Of a DNA stretch of 54,835 bases, positions 7,550 to 17,272 are shown one piece after another. The notes under the pieces are model-generated. The model saw nothing but the letters and a program-made list of their open reading frames with translations, was not told the DNA's origin and ran no database searches. The DNA lies in NCBI GenBank assembly GCA_964587045.1, contig CAZPJY010000007.1, forward strand, positions 1-54,835, written 5' to 3'. Numbering within the stretch: position 1 is the stretch's first letter; each line of letters begins with the position of its first letter. The stretch comes from an uncultured Methanosarcinales archaeon (GTDB taxonomy: Archaea; Nanobdellota; Nanobdellia; Woesearchaeales; CAZPJY01). The translations under genes were made by a program, and so were the position numbers.

Positions 7550-10244
7550 GAGATGCTAATACCTCTCCCAAGAGCGTGTAGTACTCGCCGTAACTGGTCC
7601 AGTTACCCTCAGCCAGTGCCGACTGCATGCCCTCATAGTACTGCTGGGCAGCAGCTATAGAATTATTGCCCACTGACGGATGCTGCTCAGTGTATGTAGG
7701 GGTGCCGAACAGCTTGGTCAGAGCGGCGTCGAGCGTTTCTTCCATGGCCACTTCATTTCCGAAAGAGACTATGATCCTCTTGAGCTCAGGAAGCTCGCTC
7801 CTCTCGGCTATGATGTATAGCGGCTCGATGTAGAGCAGCGCATCACTGATGGGTACCACAAGCAGGTTGCCTCTGAGGACGCTCGAACCCTTCTGGCTCC
7901 AAAGGGTCAGCTGCTGGGATATCTCAGAGTCCTGGTCCACCCTTGCCTCTATCTGCATAGGCCCGTAGATGAGCTTGTCTTTGGGGAACTTGTATAGCAC
8001 GATGTCTCCATAGTTCTCGCCGTCAGAGCGCGCGGCCATCCAGGCAATCATGTTGTCCTTCCCCCTGGGGGTGAACGGGATTAGCATTAGGAACTCAGCA
8101 TCGTCGTAGCCGGGCAGCTTCATGATCATGTAGTAGGGGTCAAGCCTGACTTTGGAGTTGGTGCTGTAAACCTGGAACGGGAGGTTCCATTCGTCCTCTT
8201 TGTTGTAGAAAACGGTCGGGTCTGACATGTGATATACTCCATATATCTCAGACTGCGCTCTGAACAGCAGCTCAGGGTACCGCAAGTGGGCGTGAAGAGA
8301 CTCCTTCATGTCCGAAAGCGGTTTGAAGGCGCCTGGGAATATCCGGGAATAGGTCCTGATAAGGGGGTCTGAGAAGTCTGTAACATAGAAAGTCACGTCC
8401 CCGTCGAACGCGTCTACGACCACCTTGACAGAGTTCCTGATGTAGTTCACCCCTCCCAAAGGCTTCGAGTACGGGTAGCGGTCGCTTATGGTGTAGGCGT
8501 CCTGGACCCAGACCAGGCGGCCCTCATCTATCACCATGTAAGGGTCGTCATCCAGTAGGAGGAATGGCATTAATTTCGCAATCCTCGACTGGACGTTTCT
8601 ATAATACATTATCCTGCTCTGCGGGGTGATCTGCCCTGATACGAGAACCTTAAGGTCCGAGAACCTGATGGCAAACATCAGCCGCTTGAGGAAGCTGTCA
8701 ATCTGAACCCCTCCCCTTCCGTTGTACTCAGTGTACACGTTCGAATCCCCCTTGGGGTAGTCGAACTCCTTGGTCAGGGTGTTTACGAGCACGAAGTTGG
8801 TGTCCGAGCTCTCCCCATAGTAGATTTCAGGCCTTGTTATGTCAAGTACCGGATCGCCTACTAGGTTCTTAGGCGGTATGTCCTTTACGAAGAACACTGG
8901 AAGGCCCTGGTCGTCGACGAGGTTGACCGGGCTCACCACGACTCCGTAGCCGTGCGTGTAGACCAGGTGCTGGTTGAGCCACGTCTTGGCCTCGGTTGCC
9001 AGCTGGCCCTGGGCCATCTCGCGGGGTGAGAGCATTACCTGCCTGTAATCGCCGTTGATCATGTAGCGGTCGATGTCAACATCCTTAAAATCGTAGTACA
9101 GTCTTATCTCCTGCAGCTGCTTGTACGTCTGCATCAGCGGTTTCCAGTCCTGAAGCCTGAGGTTGTTTATGGTCTCGGGGTTGTTTTCAATTACCTGTCT
9201 TGTAATGTTTCCGTCGGCTGGGAAGTCGTAGGCGGCGACGTCGGTCAGGCCGTAAGCTTCCCTTGTGAATTTGATGTTGTTCTCGATATATGGGGTCTCG
9301 AGCGTGATCTCGTTGGGTGAGACCACAAAATGCTGGACGAAGCTTGGCACGACCCCCAATCCGACTATGGCGAGGACCAGGTAGGTCCCTACAGCATAAA
9401 TGAGCACCTTCCTGGCTCTTACTGCCTTGGAGCCCAGCACCCACAGGAGCACGATGATTCCGACGACCAGCGCGACCACGGCCATAAACAGGAGCACAGG
9501 CAGGTTGATGTGAGTATCAGTGTAGCCCGCACCGAAAACCGCTCCTGTGGATGACAGCAGTATGAAGTAGCGGTCGATCCAGTGCTTGATCGCTATGAGC
9601 ACGAACAGGGCGGTCAGGAAAGCACCCAGGTGCACCTTTACAGAGCCGGAAACTTTTTTCCATCCCTTGGAAAAGCTCATGCCCTGTCCTGGGAACTGCT
9701 GGTTGGACTGAGCCCAGGATGAAAACCTGGGTCCCTGGATGAATAAGCTGCCGAACTTCTGCAGGTAGGTGATGGCAATCAGGATGAAGGTGCCGATTAG
9801 CACGATCAGCGCGAAGCTCCACAAGGTCTGGATGAAAGGAAGGGAGAAGACGTAGAATCCCACGTCGTTTGCGAAAATCGGGTCGGTAATCAGGAAGTCT
9901 ACCCTGTTGATGAAAGTCAGGATGGTGGCCCACTTGCCTGAAAGGTATGAGCCGGCGATGAGCGCGAAAGCAACGGTTACAAGGTACTTTATGGACGTCT
10001 TCTTGGCAGATCCCTTAACAGAATGTGCAAACCACAGGTTGAGGAAAGCAATCGCCAGGAACACGAAAGCCCCCACTATGAACAGGCTGAGCTTGGCCCA
10101 GAGTATGGTCAGGAAAACTGAGGAGAAACCCAGGTTGGAAAACCAGTAGTAGTCAGTGTAGAGGGTTGCTATGCCCGAGGCAAAGAATAGGATGAGAATG
10201 AAAAGAAATATCACGAACTGGGTAAGGGTTTTTCCTCTAGCCAT
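7539..10244 (-). CDS. UPF0182 family membrane protein
   Basis: YTDYYWF, DPIF..DVGFYVFSLPF, GAGYTD, NNIKFTREAYGL, DIDRY, HLVYTHGYG, NYIRNSVKVVVDAFDG, HLRYP, YIEPLY. Confidence 0.93.
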   Translation of the reverse strand: MARGKTLTQFVIFLFILILFFASGIATLYTDYYWFSNLGFSSVFLTILWAKLSLFIVGAFVFLAIAFLNLWFAHSVKGSAKKTSIKYLVTVAFALIAGSYLSGKWATILTFINRVDFLITDPIFANDVGFYVFSLPFIQTLWSFALIVLIGTFILIAITYLQKFGSLFIQGPRFSSWAQSNQQFPGQGMSFSKGWKKVSGSVKVHLGAFLTALFVLIAIKHWIDRYFILLSSTGAVFGAGYTDTHINLPVLLFMAVVALVVGIIVLLWVLGSKAVRARKVLIYAVGTYLVLAIVGLGVVPSFVQHFVVSPNEITLETPYIENNIKFTREAYGLTDVAAYDFPADGNITRQVIENNPETINNLRLQDWKPLMQTYKQLQEIRLYYDFKDVDIDRYMINGDYRQVMLSPREMAQGQLATEAKTWLNQHLVYTHGYGVVVSPVNLVDDQGLPVFFVKDIPPKNLVGDPVLDITRPEIYYGESSDTNFVLVNTLTKEFDYPKGDSNVYTEYNGRGGVQIDSFLKRLMFAIRFSDLKVLVSGQITPQSRIMYYRNVQSRIAKLMPFLLLDDDPYMVIDEGRLVWVQDAYTISDRYPYSKPLGGVNYIRNSVKVVVDAFDGDVTFYVTDFSDPLIRTYSRIFPGAFKPLSDMKESLHAHLRYPELLFRAQSEIYGVYHMSDPTVFYNKEDEWNLPFQVYSTNSKVRLDPYYMIMKLPGYDDAEFLMLIPFTPRGKDNMIAWMAARSDGENYGDIVLYKFPKDKLIYGPMQIEARVDQDSEISQQLTLWSQKGSSVLRGNLLVVPISDALLYIEPLYIIAERSELPELKRIIVSFGNEVAMEETLDAALTKLFGTPTYTEQHPSVGNNSIAAAQQYYEGMQSALAEGNWTSYGEYYTLLGEVLASLNP

Positions 10245-10275
10245 GTGATGCGTAAAAAGAAGGAGATATAAAAGT

Positions 10276-11202
10276 TTATTCTTTTCGCTTCTTCTTAGTC
10301 TTCTTAATCTCGCGCTCGAGGTCCAGTTTGTCCAGGAGTTCCTTGTACCTGTTCCTGATTGTGACCTCAGTCACTCCCGCTACATCGGCGACCTCGCGCT
10401 GAGTGCGCTTCTCTCCGTTAATAAGCGCTGACACGTAGAGGCCTGCGGCAGCAATGCCTGTCGGGCCCCTCCCTGAGGTGAGCTCAGCTTTTTGGGCCTG
10501 CTCGAGGATCTCGATGGCCCTGGACTGGGTCTCAGGCGAGAGCTTCAGGGCTGATGCGAAGCGAGCGATGTAGTCTGCCGGGTTGCTGGGCAGGATGGTG
10601 ATCCCAAGCTCCCTAGTGATGAAGCGGTACGTGCGTCCGATCTCCTTCTTCTCGATTGAGGAGGCCTCGGAAAGCTCGTCAAGTGTGCGGGGGACGTCGT
10701 GGCGCCTGCAAGCAGCGTATAGTGCGCCTGCGACGACAGATTCCATCGACCTGCCCCTAACCAGGCCCCGCTGGACCGCCAGGGTGTATATCTTGGCTGC
10801 TTCCTCCTCGACGGATTTTGGCAGCTTGAGGTAAGATGATACCCTTTTCAGCTCTGCTAGCGCGAGCTTGAGATTCCGCTCTATAGCAGTTGAGATGCGG
10901 TACTGCCACTTGCGCAGACGGAAAAACTTGTTCCTGCTCTTGTTCCCAAGCTGGTAGAGATCGGATTTTCTCCCGACCTCGGTCCCGAGGCCTTGGTCGT
11001 ACTGCGTGTAGGTCATAGGGGCTCCAACCCTGCGTTTGACCTCGCCGTCAGAGCTGTCGAACTCACGCCATTCCTGCGTGAAGTCGATCATCTTCTCCTC
11101 GACGACCAGACCGCAGTCTTTGCAGATGACCTCTCCCTTCTCCTTGTTCCAGAAGAGGTTGATTCCGCCGCATTCAGGACACTTTTTTACGTAATTAGCC
11201 AT
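10276..11202 (-). CDS. tfb: Transcription initiation factor IIB
   Basis: Zn ribbon CPECG...CKDCG, EWREF, two cyclin repeats, GVTEVTIRNRYKEL. Confidence 0.97.
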   Translation of the reverse strand: MANYVKKCPECGGINLFWNKEKGEVICKDCGLVVEEKMIDFTQEWREFDSSDGEVKRRVGAPMTYTQYDQGLGTEVGRKSDLYQLGNKSRNKFFRLRKWQYRISTAIERNLKLALAELKRVSSYLKLPKSVEEEAAKIYTLAVQRGLVRGRSMESVVAGALYAACRRHDVPRTLDELSEASSIEKKEIGRTYRFITRELGITILPSNPADYIARFASALKLSPETQSRAIEILEQAQKAELTSGRGPTGIAAAGLYVSALINGEKRTQREVADVAGVTEVTIRNRYKELLDKLDLEREIKKTKKKRKE

Positions 11203-11435
11203 TGTCTTTCACCTTTGCTGAGGGGAACGGCTAGTCACTATTGATATATTACTATGAATCATCCCCCGATGAAATCAGTATATTTTTAAAGAGTAGACGT
11301 TCATGGTATATAAACTTTTCTGTTTTTTCCGGTATTTTTTTAAATTTTGCGCACAAAACAGTCTTATAAGGATTGCGAAACGATTAAATGCTCCGATAGT
11401 TATTTATGGTGGTCAAGTTTTGTTAGGGACCATCT

Positions 11436-11519
11436 GCCGCGGTGGCACAATCTGGTACTGCGCCGGCCTTGAGAGCCGGTTTCCTTCGGGATTTCCCGGT
11501 TCAAATCCGGGCCGCGGCG
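11436..11519 (+). tRNA. tRNA-Ser(TGA), no intron
   Basis: GCCGCGG acceptor stem, CCGGC CT TGA GA GCCGG, long variable arm with TTCG loop, GGTTCAAATCC, discriminator G. Confidence 0.95.
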
Positions 11520-11554
11520 TAACCTTTTTCAATAACCTTCTTAACAAAAATGGT

Positions 11555-12139
11555 ATGAAGCTCTACTTCGCAACCACCAACAGGCGAAAGATAGCCTCAC
11601 TTGTCGCACGCCTGAAGGACTACGATGTCGACGTGCTTCCCGTGCCTATGAACATACCTGAGGCCAGGTCTGACAGCGTCGAGGCCATCGCAAAAGACAA
11701 GGTTGGTTTCGCATACAGGATAATGGGCAGCCCGACGGTTGCGCTCGATGCCGGCTTCTTCATCCACGCGCTCAACGGATTCCCCAGAGCGTTCGTAAAC
11801 TTTGCGCTAGACACTATTAAGCTGGAAGGCATACTCAAGTTGATGGAAGGAAAGGACCCGCGGTGCGAGTTCAGGGAGTGCATGGCCTACATGGACCAAA
11901 GCCTTCAGGAACCGCTTACCTTCACCGCACACATCCCAGGAAGGATTTCACCCAGAATAAGGGGACAAGACCACAAGTACCTCTGGTCCTCCCTTGGACT
12001 GATCTTCATCCCAGAAGGACATGAAAAGACTCTAGGGGAGATGGGTGAAGAGGATTACATAGCTTGGCGTGACGACCAGAGGAAGGATTCAGCGACCGGG
12101 CGTTTCGTCGAGTGGTACAGCACCAGACTAGACAAATGA
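11555..12139 (+). CDS. Ham1/RdgB-family non-canonical purine NTP pyrophosphatase (divergent)
   Basis: FATTNRRK, IPE, IAKDK, LDAGFFIHALNGFP, FIPEGHEKTLGEM; true start 11555 (the track ORF overlaps the tRNA). Confidence 0.85.
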   Translation: MKLYFATTNRRKIASLVARLKDYDVDVLPVPMNIPEARSDSVEAIAKDKVGFAYRIMGSPTVALDAGFFIHALNGFPRAFVNFALDTIKLEGILKLMEGKDPRCEFRECMAYMDQSLQEPLTFTAHIPGRISPRIRGQDHKYLWSSLGLIFIPEGHEKTLGEMGEEDYIAWRDDQRKDSATGRFVEWYSTRLDK

Positions 12140-12144
12140 GCCAG

Positions 12145-12810
12145 CTATTCCCAAACAAGGGTCTCCTGCGTCTCATGCCCTGCGGTGTCGAATACCTGCA
12201 GCTTGTACACAGTCTTGCCAGACGGCTTGCCGATAAGTATCATGTCAGCATAGGAACTACCTTCAGGCTTGATCTCTTTGATGATGCGGTCATTTTCGGA
12301 TATGACTATCATCTCCAAGCCAGCGAATTCTCCCCTGTCAATAACCTTTATCCAAAGGACGCCGGGCCTTAGGAATTCGAAATTGCTAATCCGCGGCGGC
12401 TCATCGAGGTCCGCGCCTGAGAAGTTGATGGTGAGCTTATCTGAGAGCACCTCATTGCCTCCCCTGTCAATTGCTTCGACGTAGTAGTTCACCGGGCCGA
12501 CGATTCCAGGAACGACCTTCACCTGGTTGAAGACAGAACTGCCGAAAGGTCCGTCTGACTCCCAGGCGATGTGCTTGTTCTCGTAAAGGATTAGTTTTTC
12601 GATGCCTGCGTTATAGCCGGTGTCGCTTGCCAAGATGGTGATGGTGGTCTCCCTTCCGGGGTAGAGCGGCACAGCGTACAGCTGCCTGACAACCGGTGCG
12701 GGATCTTCGATGGCAAGTACATTTTTCTGTTCAGGTAGAACAGTCAACATCGGCGCATGCACGCAGCCGAGGAAGGCACACATCATTCCGGTCATTAATG
12801 CTTTTTTCAT
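12145..12810 (-). CDS. Putative lipoprotein with two Ig-like domains
   Basis: Lipobox-like FLGC; paired motifs ASD..AGIEK/VID..AGLEM and EAIDRGGNE/QVFDTAGHE. Confidence 0.65.
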   Translation of the reverse strand: MKKALMTGMMCAFLGCVHAPMLTVLPEQKNVLAIEDPAPVVRQLYAVPLYPGRETTITILASDTGYNAGIEKLILYENKHIAWESDGPFGSSVFNQVKVVPGIVGPVNYYVEAIDRGGNEVLSDKLTINFSGADLDEPPRISNFEFLRPGVLWIKVIDRGEFAGLEMIVISENDRIIKEIKPEGSSYADMILIGKPSGKTVYKLQVFDTAGHETQETLVWE

Positions 12811-12887
12811 CTGAAATCCAAGGTCAGCTTCCCTGACCCAGCCTCCTGCTCAGCTTTTGATACCAAGTGTTTAGGAAATCGCTTCAC
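12807..12887 (-). CDS. Putative 26-aa peptide coupled to the lipoprotein gene
   Basis: GTG start after GGGGTGGTG; MKRFPKHLVSKAEQEAGSGKLTLDFR; ATGA overlap with the next start. Confidence 0.4.
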   Translation of the reverse strand: MKRFPKHLVSKAEQEAGSGKLTLDFR

Positions 12888-12973
12888 AGACACCACCCCA
12901 AACCAGCAGAAACTGACTATTTATAAAGCTTGCGAGGCAAAGCATTTATACCACCCAAGGCACATGTAACCTT

Positions 12974-14134
12974 ATGAAAAGAGGTGTGATACTGCTGTTG
13001 CTGCTTCTCGTCCCAGTAGTGTCTGCCCAGTGCGACGAGCAGTGCAGACTTGACCTCGACCTAGCGACGTACAGGTACTTCAGCATCTTCGAGAACCGCA
13101 AGCTCGACCAGCTGCCTGATGTCGTGACTCCAGAGCTCTACCAAACCCTGGATAACTACATCTACGGCGAGCAACTCCAAATCCTCTATAACATATCGAC
13201 ACGCGCACCTGGTGCTATCGAGGACCGCTTCCTCAACCTCGAGATCAGCAGTGAGCTGGCGAATGATACCTCCGCGATTGTCACCGCCAGGTACAGGGCG
13301 CTCACGACCTACCGCAACGCCATCGACATATCAGACCCGTTGACACTCACGCTGCTGCTAGAGCGCCGGAAGGGCAGATGGCTGGTAGCCGACGTCATGT
13401 ACAATGATGTCTGGCTCCGCCTGACCGAAGAAGAGGAGGGGAGGGACAGCACATTTATTGAGGATGCAAGGGTCTTTTTGCAGAGGCTTATCCTCGTGCT
13501 GAGAAGCGAGTTCCACTTCCTGACCAGGAGCCGCCGCGGGGAAGGAAGCGAGCAGTACATTGTAATCAACGGGACCAACTACACCTATGAGGAGTACGTG
13601 CAGCTAGTCGACGATGCCGCCAGCCTGGCTGAGGCATCGCCCGTCTACGTCGACTTGGGATTCTGGCTCTCGCTCAACCTGCTCATAGCGTTCACTCTCT
13701 ACTTCTTTAGAAAGAAGCTCAAGATGGTCGGCTACTACGGCCTGTTCACCATCGGGCTGGCCATAATCGGCTTCTTCCTTGATTATATCATACTCGGCGC
13801 CGCCACCCTGATCATGGGCGCTTTCCTATCAAAAAGCCTGATAGGCAGACTCATCAGGAGGACGAAGCCTGCCCGGCCAGAGGAGCACAAGGAGGCTCAC
13901 CCTCTCAAGTTCGACGACAAGCCACGCGACGAGTTCGCAAGCCTCTTCTACGAAGGCGAAACTCACTACACCATCCTGTCCCAATACGTGTACAGGTACA
14001 GGGAGTTGTACGGCCGTGACGAGAAGCATTTGCCCAAGCTCGCAAAGCTTGTCAACAAGGAACTGTACAACGGCAGGAGGGATGAAAAGGAGCTGGCAGA
14101 CGAGCTCGCGAGGGAGCTGAAGACTTTCTTATGA
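12974..14134 (+). CDS. Membrane protein: signal peptide, NTF2-like external domain, 2-3 TM helices, cytoplasmic tail
   Basis: MKRGVILLLLLLVPVVSA; AIVTARY...LLLERRKGRWLVAD; hydrophobic segments near residues 230-290. Confidence 0.7.
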   Translation: MKRGVILLLLLLVPVVSAQCDEQCRLDLDLATYRYFSIFENRKLDQLPDVVTPELYQTLDNYIYGEQLQILYNISTRAPGAIEDRFLNLEISSELANDTSAIVTARYRALTTYRNAIDISDPLTLTLLLERRKGRWLVADVMYNDVWLRLTEEEEGRDSTFIEDARVFLQRLILVLRSEFHFLTRSRRGEGSEQYIVINGTNYTYEEYVQLVDDAASLAEASPVYVDLGFWLSLNLLIAFTLYFFRKKLKMVGYYGLFTIGLAIIGFFLDYIILGAATLIMGAFLSKSLIGRLIRRTKPARPEEHKEAHPLKFDDKPRDEFASLFYEGETHYTILSQYVYRYRELYGRDEKHLPKLAKLVNKELYNGRRDEKELADELARELKTFL

Positions 14135-14174
14135 GCCGCAAGATATAATAAACACCCCAAACACTTTTATTTGC

Positions 14175-14312
14175 ATGCCAGTCTTCAAGTGCAGCAACTG
14201 CTCGTACTCCGCCAACAAGGAGACCGCGCCTGAGCGCTGCCCTTACTGCGGCAAGCAGGGGACCTTCACCAGGCAGAGCACTGCTCAGGATTACCTCGAC
14301 ATGTCGGACTAA
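14175..14312 (+). CDS. Small rubredoxin-like/CPxCG zinc-finger protein (45 aa)
   Basis: MPVFKCSNCSYSANKETAPERCPYCGKQGTF...; TATATAATAA box upstream. Confidence 0.8.
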   Translation: MPVFKCSNCSYSANKETAPERCPYCGKQGTFTRQSTAQDYLDMSD

Positions 14313-15256
14313 AAGATGTAACGGGTAAGCCTCGACACGTCACTGCTCCTTGACAGGATGCCCTTGAGCTTGCCAGCGATCTCTGACGCGGCAACTCCCT
14401 TGTTCTTCTCGGAGAAGGCGTCGCACGCCCTGGACAGGTCCTGCCTTCGAAGCGCCACCTGGTCCGATAAGTCCTTGTCCCTCTTGTAAAAAGCAGTCAT
14501 GCAGTCGTTGTACTGCTTGATGACATCGCTTATTAGGACCTTGAGCTGCCTCTTGTCGAAGCGCTTCGACTGGTGGATGAGCCTGGATATGCGCTTGGTC
14601 TCATCGGCGATCTTTTCGCAGTGTATGTTGGCCTCCCAGTATGCCAGCATCTCGATGTTGGACAGGTCCAGGCTCTTAGCTATCTTGATGTCAATGAAGG
14701 ATGCCTTGAGCAGCTTGAAGATGAGGTAGCAGAGCCTGTTGACCTCCTTGTCGCGGGCGTATATCACCTCGTGGAGATCCTCGCCATTGAGGCATTGCAG
14801 GGTGTCGAGCATCATCGACCGGGTTATGTTGTCAATCCTCCGGATGAGACCTTTGATGGATATGTCCTTTAGGTCCAGGAAGTTCCTCAACACGATCTTG
14901 TCAGAGGTCTCCTCAAATATCTCGAGTGCGATTAGGCTGTGGGTCACCTCTCGGATGTACTCCGCCCGCCGCATGAGCTCCTTACCCTTCAGGATGATGC
15001 GGTAGTAGTTGTTGAGGTATGCGGAGATTATCTCGAACTTGAGCGTGAGGAGGGCCCTGCCGTCGATGTTTATGACGAGCTCCTTCTTCTCTATAGTGTC
15101 TTCCTTGAACTCGGTCGACAGGATGAGCTGGTCTGGAGTCTTCTCCTGCATGTAGACCAGGTCCCCCTTCTTGAGATTGTTCTTCTTGATCCAGTCCTGC
15201 GGGACCGCGACTACGAATGAGGACAGCCCGCTCTTGACAAGCTTCCGTATGTACAT
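14309..15256 (-). CDS. phoU: Archaeal phosphate-uptake regulator (AbrB-like N-domain plus PhoU domains)
   Basis: RKLVKSGLSSFVVAVPQDWIKKNNLKKGD; IISAYL; RDKEVNRL; EKIADE. Confidence 0.85.
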   Translation of the reverse strand: MYIRKLVKSGLSSFVVAVPQDWIKKNNLKKGDLVYMQEKTPDQLILSTEFKEDTIEKKELVINIDGRALLTLKFEIISAYLNNYYRIILKGKELMRRAEYIREVTHSLIALEIFEETSDKIVLRNFLDLKDISIKGLIRRIDNITRSMMLDTLQCLNGEDLHEVIYARDKEVNRLCYLIFKLLKASFIDIKIAKSLDLSNIEMLAYWEANIHCEKIADETKRISRLIHQSKRFDKRQLKVLISDVIKQYNDCMTAFYKRDKDLSDQVALRRQDLSRACDAFSEKNKGVAASEIAGKLKGILSRSSDVSRLTRYIF

Positions 15257-15378
15257 GGAATCACCCCATTACCATTTGGGTGCCGTAATATTTAAGCCTT
15301 TTGCAGAATATATACAAAACGTTTGGGCAGTGCCAAAGATATATATCATATGTTATCCTTGTTACCTCCGGTGGAAGA

Positions 15379-15480
15379 ATGCGAATAAACGACTACTCGA
15401 GCCTTTCGCCTGAGGAAGAGGAATTCAAGGAGAACCTGAAGCTTTACTTCTCACGACAGGAACGATCCCTTGAGAGCTGA
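15379..15480 (+). CDS. Putative 33-aa peptide
   Basis: MRINDYSSLSPEEEEFKENLKLYFSRQERSLES after GGTGG and an ATATATAT box; divergent from phoU. Confidence 0.35.
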   Translation: MRINDYSSLSPEEEEFKENLKLYFSRQERSLES

Positions 15481-16233
15481 GCCGCAGGCGCACGAGCGCT
15501 TCTCATCAACCGCCGGTATAACCTTGGGGAGGAGCTTCCGAACCTTCTCAAGGTTGCCTTTCATCACCCTCACGACCTCGTCAGAAGAAACGAAATGGTC
15601 CTTCCACACGTCGTAGTCGGTGACGAGCGCTATGCTCGCGTAGCACATCTCCGCCTCCCTTGCGAGAGCCGCCTCCGGGCAAAGGGTCATGCCGATGATG
15701 TCCGCATCCCAGGACCTGTAAATCCTGCTCTCAGCCTTGGTCGAGAACCTCGGGCCTTCAATCACCACGCAGGTCCCGGACTCGTGGAAGGGTATCCCCA
15801 GCTCCTTGGCCTTTGCAGCAAGGACCTTCCTGACCTCAGGGCAGAAAGGCTCTGCGACCCCGACGTGGCAGACCCTGCCCTTGTCGTAGAAGGTTGTCTC
15901 CCTCTTGTAGGTGCGGTCGAAGAACTGGTCGGTGAACACCAGGTCGCCGGGCCTGTACTCCTCCTTGAGCGAGCCCACGGCAGACACCCCTATGACCACC
16001 TCGCATCCCAGCTCCTTTAAGGCCCAGATGTTGGCGCGGTAGTTAACGCTTGACGGATTGAAGCGGTGGCCTATCCCGTGCCTGGGGATGATGCAGACAT
16101 CCACGCCGCCAAGCCTCCCCACAGTCACCTTGTCGGACGGCTTTCCGAACTTGGTGTCCACCGAGACTTGCTTTGCGCCTTCCAGTATTCCCGGGTCGTA
16201 CACGCCAGTGCCGCCGATTATTCCTATTTTCAT
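15451..16233 (-). CDS. mtnP: S-methyl-5'-thioadenosine phosphorylase
   Basis: IGIIGGTG, PRHG, NYRANIWALK, AVGSL, IEGPRFSTKAES, IGMT..PEA.LARE, VTDYD. Confidence 0.95.
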   Translation of the reverse strand: MKIGIIGGTGVYDPGILEGAKQVSVDTKFGKPSDKVTVGRLGGVDVCIIPRHGIGHRFNPSSVNYRANIWALKELGCEVVIGVSAVGSLKEEYRPGDLVFTDQFFDRTYKRETTFYDKGRVCHVGVAEPFCPEVRKVLAAKAKELGIPFHESGTCVVIEGPRFSTKAESRIYRSWDADIIGMTLCPEAALAREAEMCYASIALVTDYDVWKDHFVSSDEVVRVMKGNLEKVRKLLPKVIPAVDEKRSCACGSALKGSFLS

Positions 16234-16234
16234 C

Positions 16235-16783
16235 TTAGAGCTTGGCCTTCACGGCCTTGTCAGAAATGATCGCGCTGTTGCCTGTGGGGTCCTCTATTAT
16301 CAGCTTGATCTTCTCGCTGCCCCACAGTACCTTGTTGAGCTTTTTTAGGAGGTTCTTCGCTTTCTTCTTGACCTCGGGGTCGTCGTCGCTGTCGCGCTTC
16401 GACTCTATCTCCTTCTTGATGCGGTTGATGATGCCCTCGGCGTTGGTCACATAGCCGTTCGAGGCGGGCCCAGGGGTCACTTCCGCAATCCGCGGGATCT
16501 TGACGGTCGCCTGTGCGCTCTTGACCACCCTCACCTTGAGGTCGTCTTGGCTGCCTATCTCCATCGTGTACTTGCTTGCGGGGTGGACCTCCTCGGACTC
16601 GACATCAGCCTTGTGATACTTGCAGTTGGAGCAGTCCATCGAGAACACGTAGCAGGGCCCGAAGAAGGGCACCTCTATCCTGGACTGCACCAGCGTGAGG
16701 TTGTTGGTCGAGCAGAAAGGGCACAACTCGCCGGTGACTGTCTCCATCTCCGGATCCGTGAGCGTATCTTGCTTCTCTGGCAT
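16235..16783 (-). CDS. ZPR1 zinc-finger protein
   Basis: CPFC...VPFFG...CSNC.Y..ADV...RVVKS...PGPASNGYVTN.EG...EDPTGNSAI. Confidence 0.93.
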   Translation of the reverse strand: MPEKQDTLTDPEMETVTGELCPFCSTNNLTLVQSRIEVPFFGPCYVFSMDCSNCKYHKADVESEEVHPASKYTMEIGSQDDLKVRVVKSAQATVKIPRIAEVTPGPASNGYVTNAEGIINRIKKEIESKRDSDDDPEVKKKAKNLLKKLNKVLWGSEKIKLIIEDPTGNSAIISDKAVKAKL

Positions 16784-16822
16784 GGTCCCTAGAAACGGTT
16801 GAGAATTATAAAAACGTTTCGC

Positions 16823-17218
16823 CTACTCCTGTTGGACGTCAGATGTCTGCTTGGTGCGGTAGATCTCTGCGAAGCTCGGCACGATAATGATGACGTCGTC
16901 GCCGAATCCGGCGATCTCGCCGTCGATGGCGTCGCAGGTTTTCTTGAGCTTGTTGATCGCGCGCTTTAGCTCGATGAGATCCTTGTCCTTCAGCGGCCTG
17001 ATGTTGACCAACGCAATGGTGTACCCCTCGCGCAGAGCGTCAAGGATGCCCTTTATGTCTGAGAAGTCCTCGATGGTGAACGGGCGGACGACAATCTTGC
17101 TGGACTCGACTGCAGCCTCCGTATCAAGCTGAACGTATTCTTCCTCCCCTTCGGCCTTGGCCTTCGGGGCCTTCGTGCCTTTGGTCAATCGTGAGATAAA
17201 GCTTTTCATGGTTGCCAT
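16823..17218 (-). CDS. sepF: Archaeal cell division protein SepF
   Basis: DIKGILDALREGYTIALVNI...LKRAINKLK..CDAIDGEIAG; established sepF-ZPR1 synteny. Confidence 0.9.
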   Translation of the reverse strand: MATMKSFISRLTKGTKAPKAKAEGEEEYVQLDTEAAVESSKIVVRPFTIEDFSDIKGILDALREGYTIALVNIRPLKDKDLIELKRAINKLKKTCDAIDGEIAGFGDDVIIIVPSFAEIYRTKQTSDVQQE

Positions 17219-17272
17219 CCTCCCATATGGATGTTTCTTAGAAGGAGAACGCCCATATATAAATTTTTCGTC

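Noticed and set aside
11245..11285. Hairpin TCATC-GGGG-GATGA in the tfb leader
   Set aside because: Short, AT-rich and imperfect; not distinguishable from chance without homologues.
11303..11554. N-terminal extension of the Ham1 ORF
   Set aside because: Reads through promoter DNA and tRNA-Ser; homology starts at ATG 11555.
11500..12900. attL/attR duplication of tRNA 3' ends
   Set aside because: No second copy of any of the three tRNA 3' ends noticed in the window (by eye).
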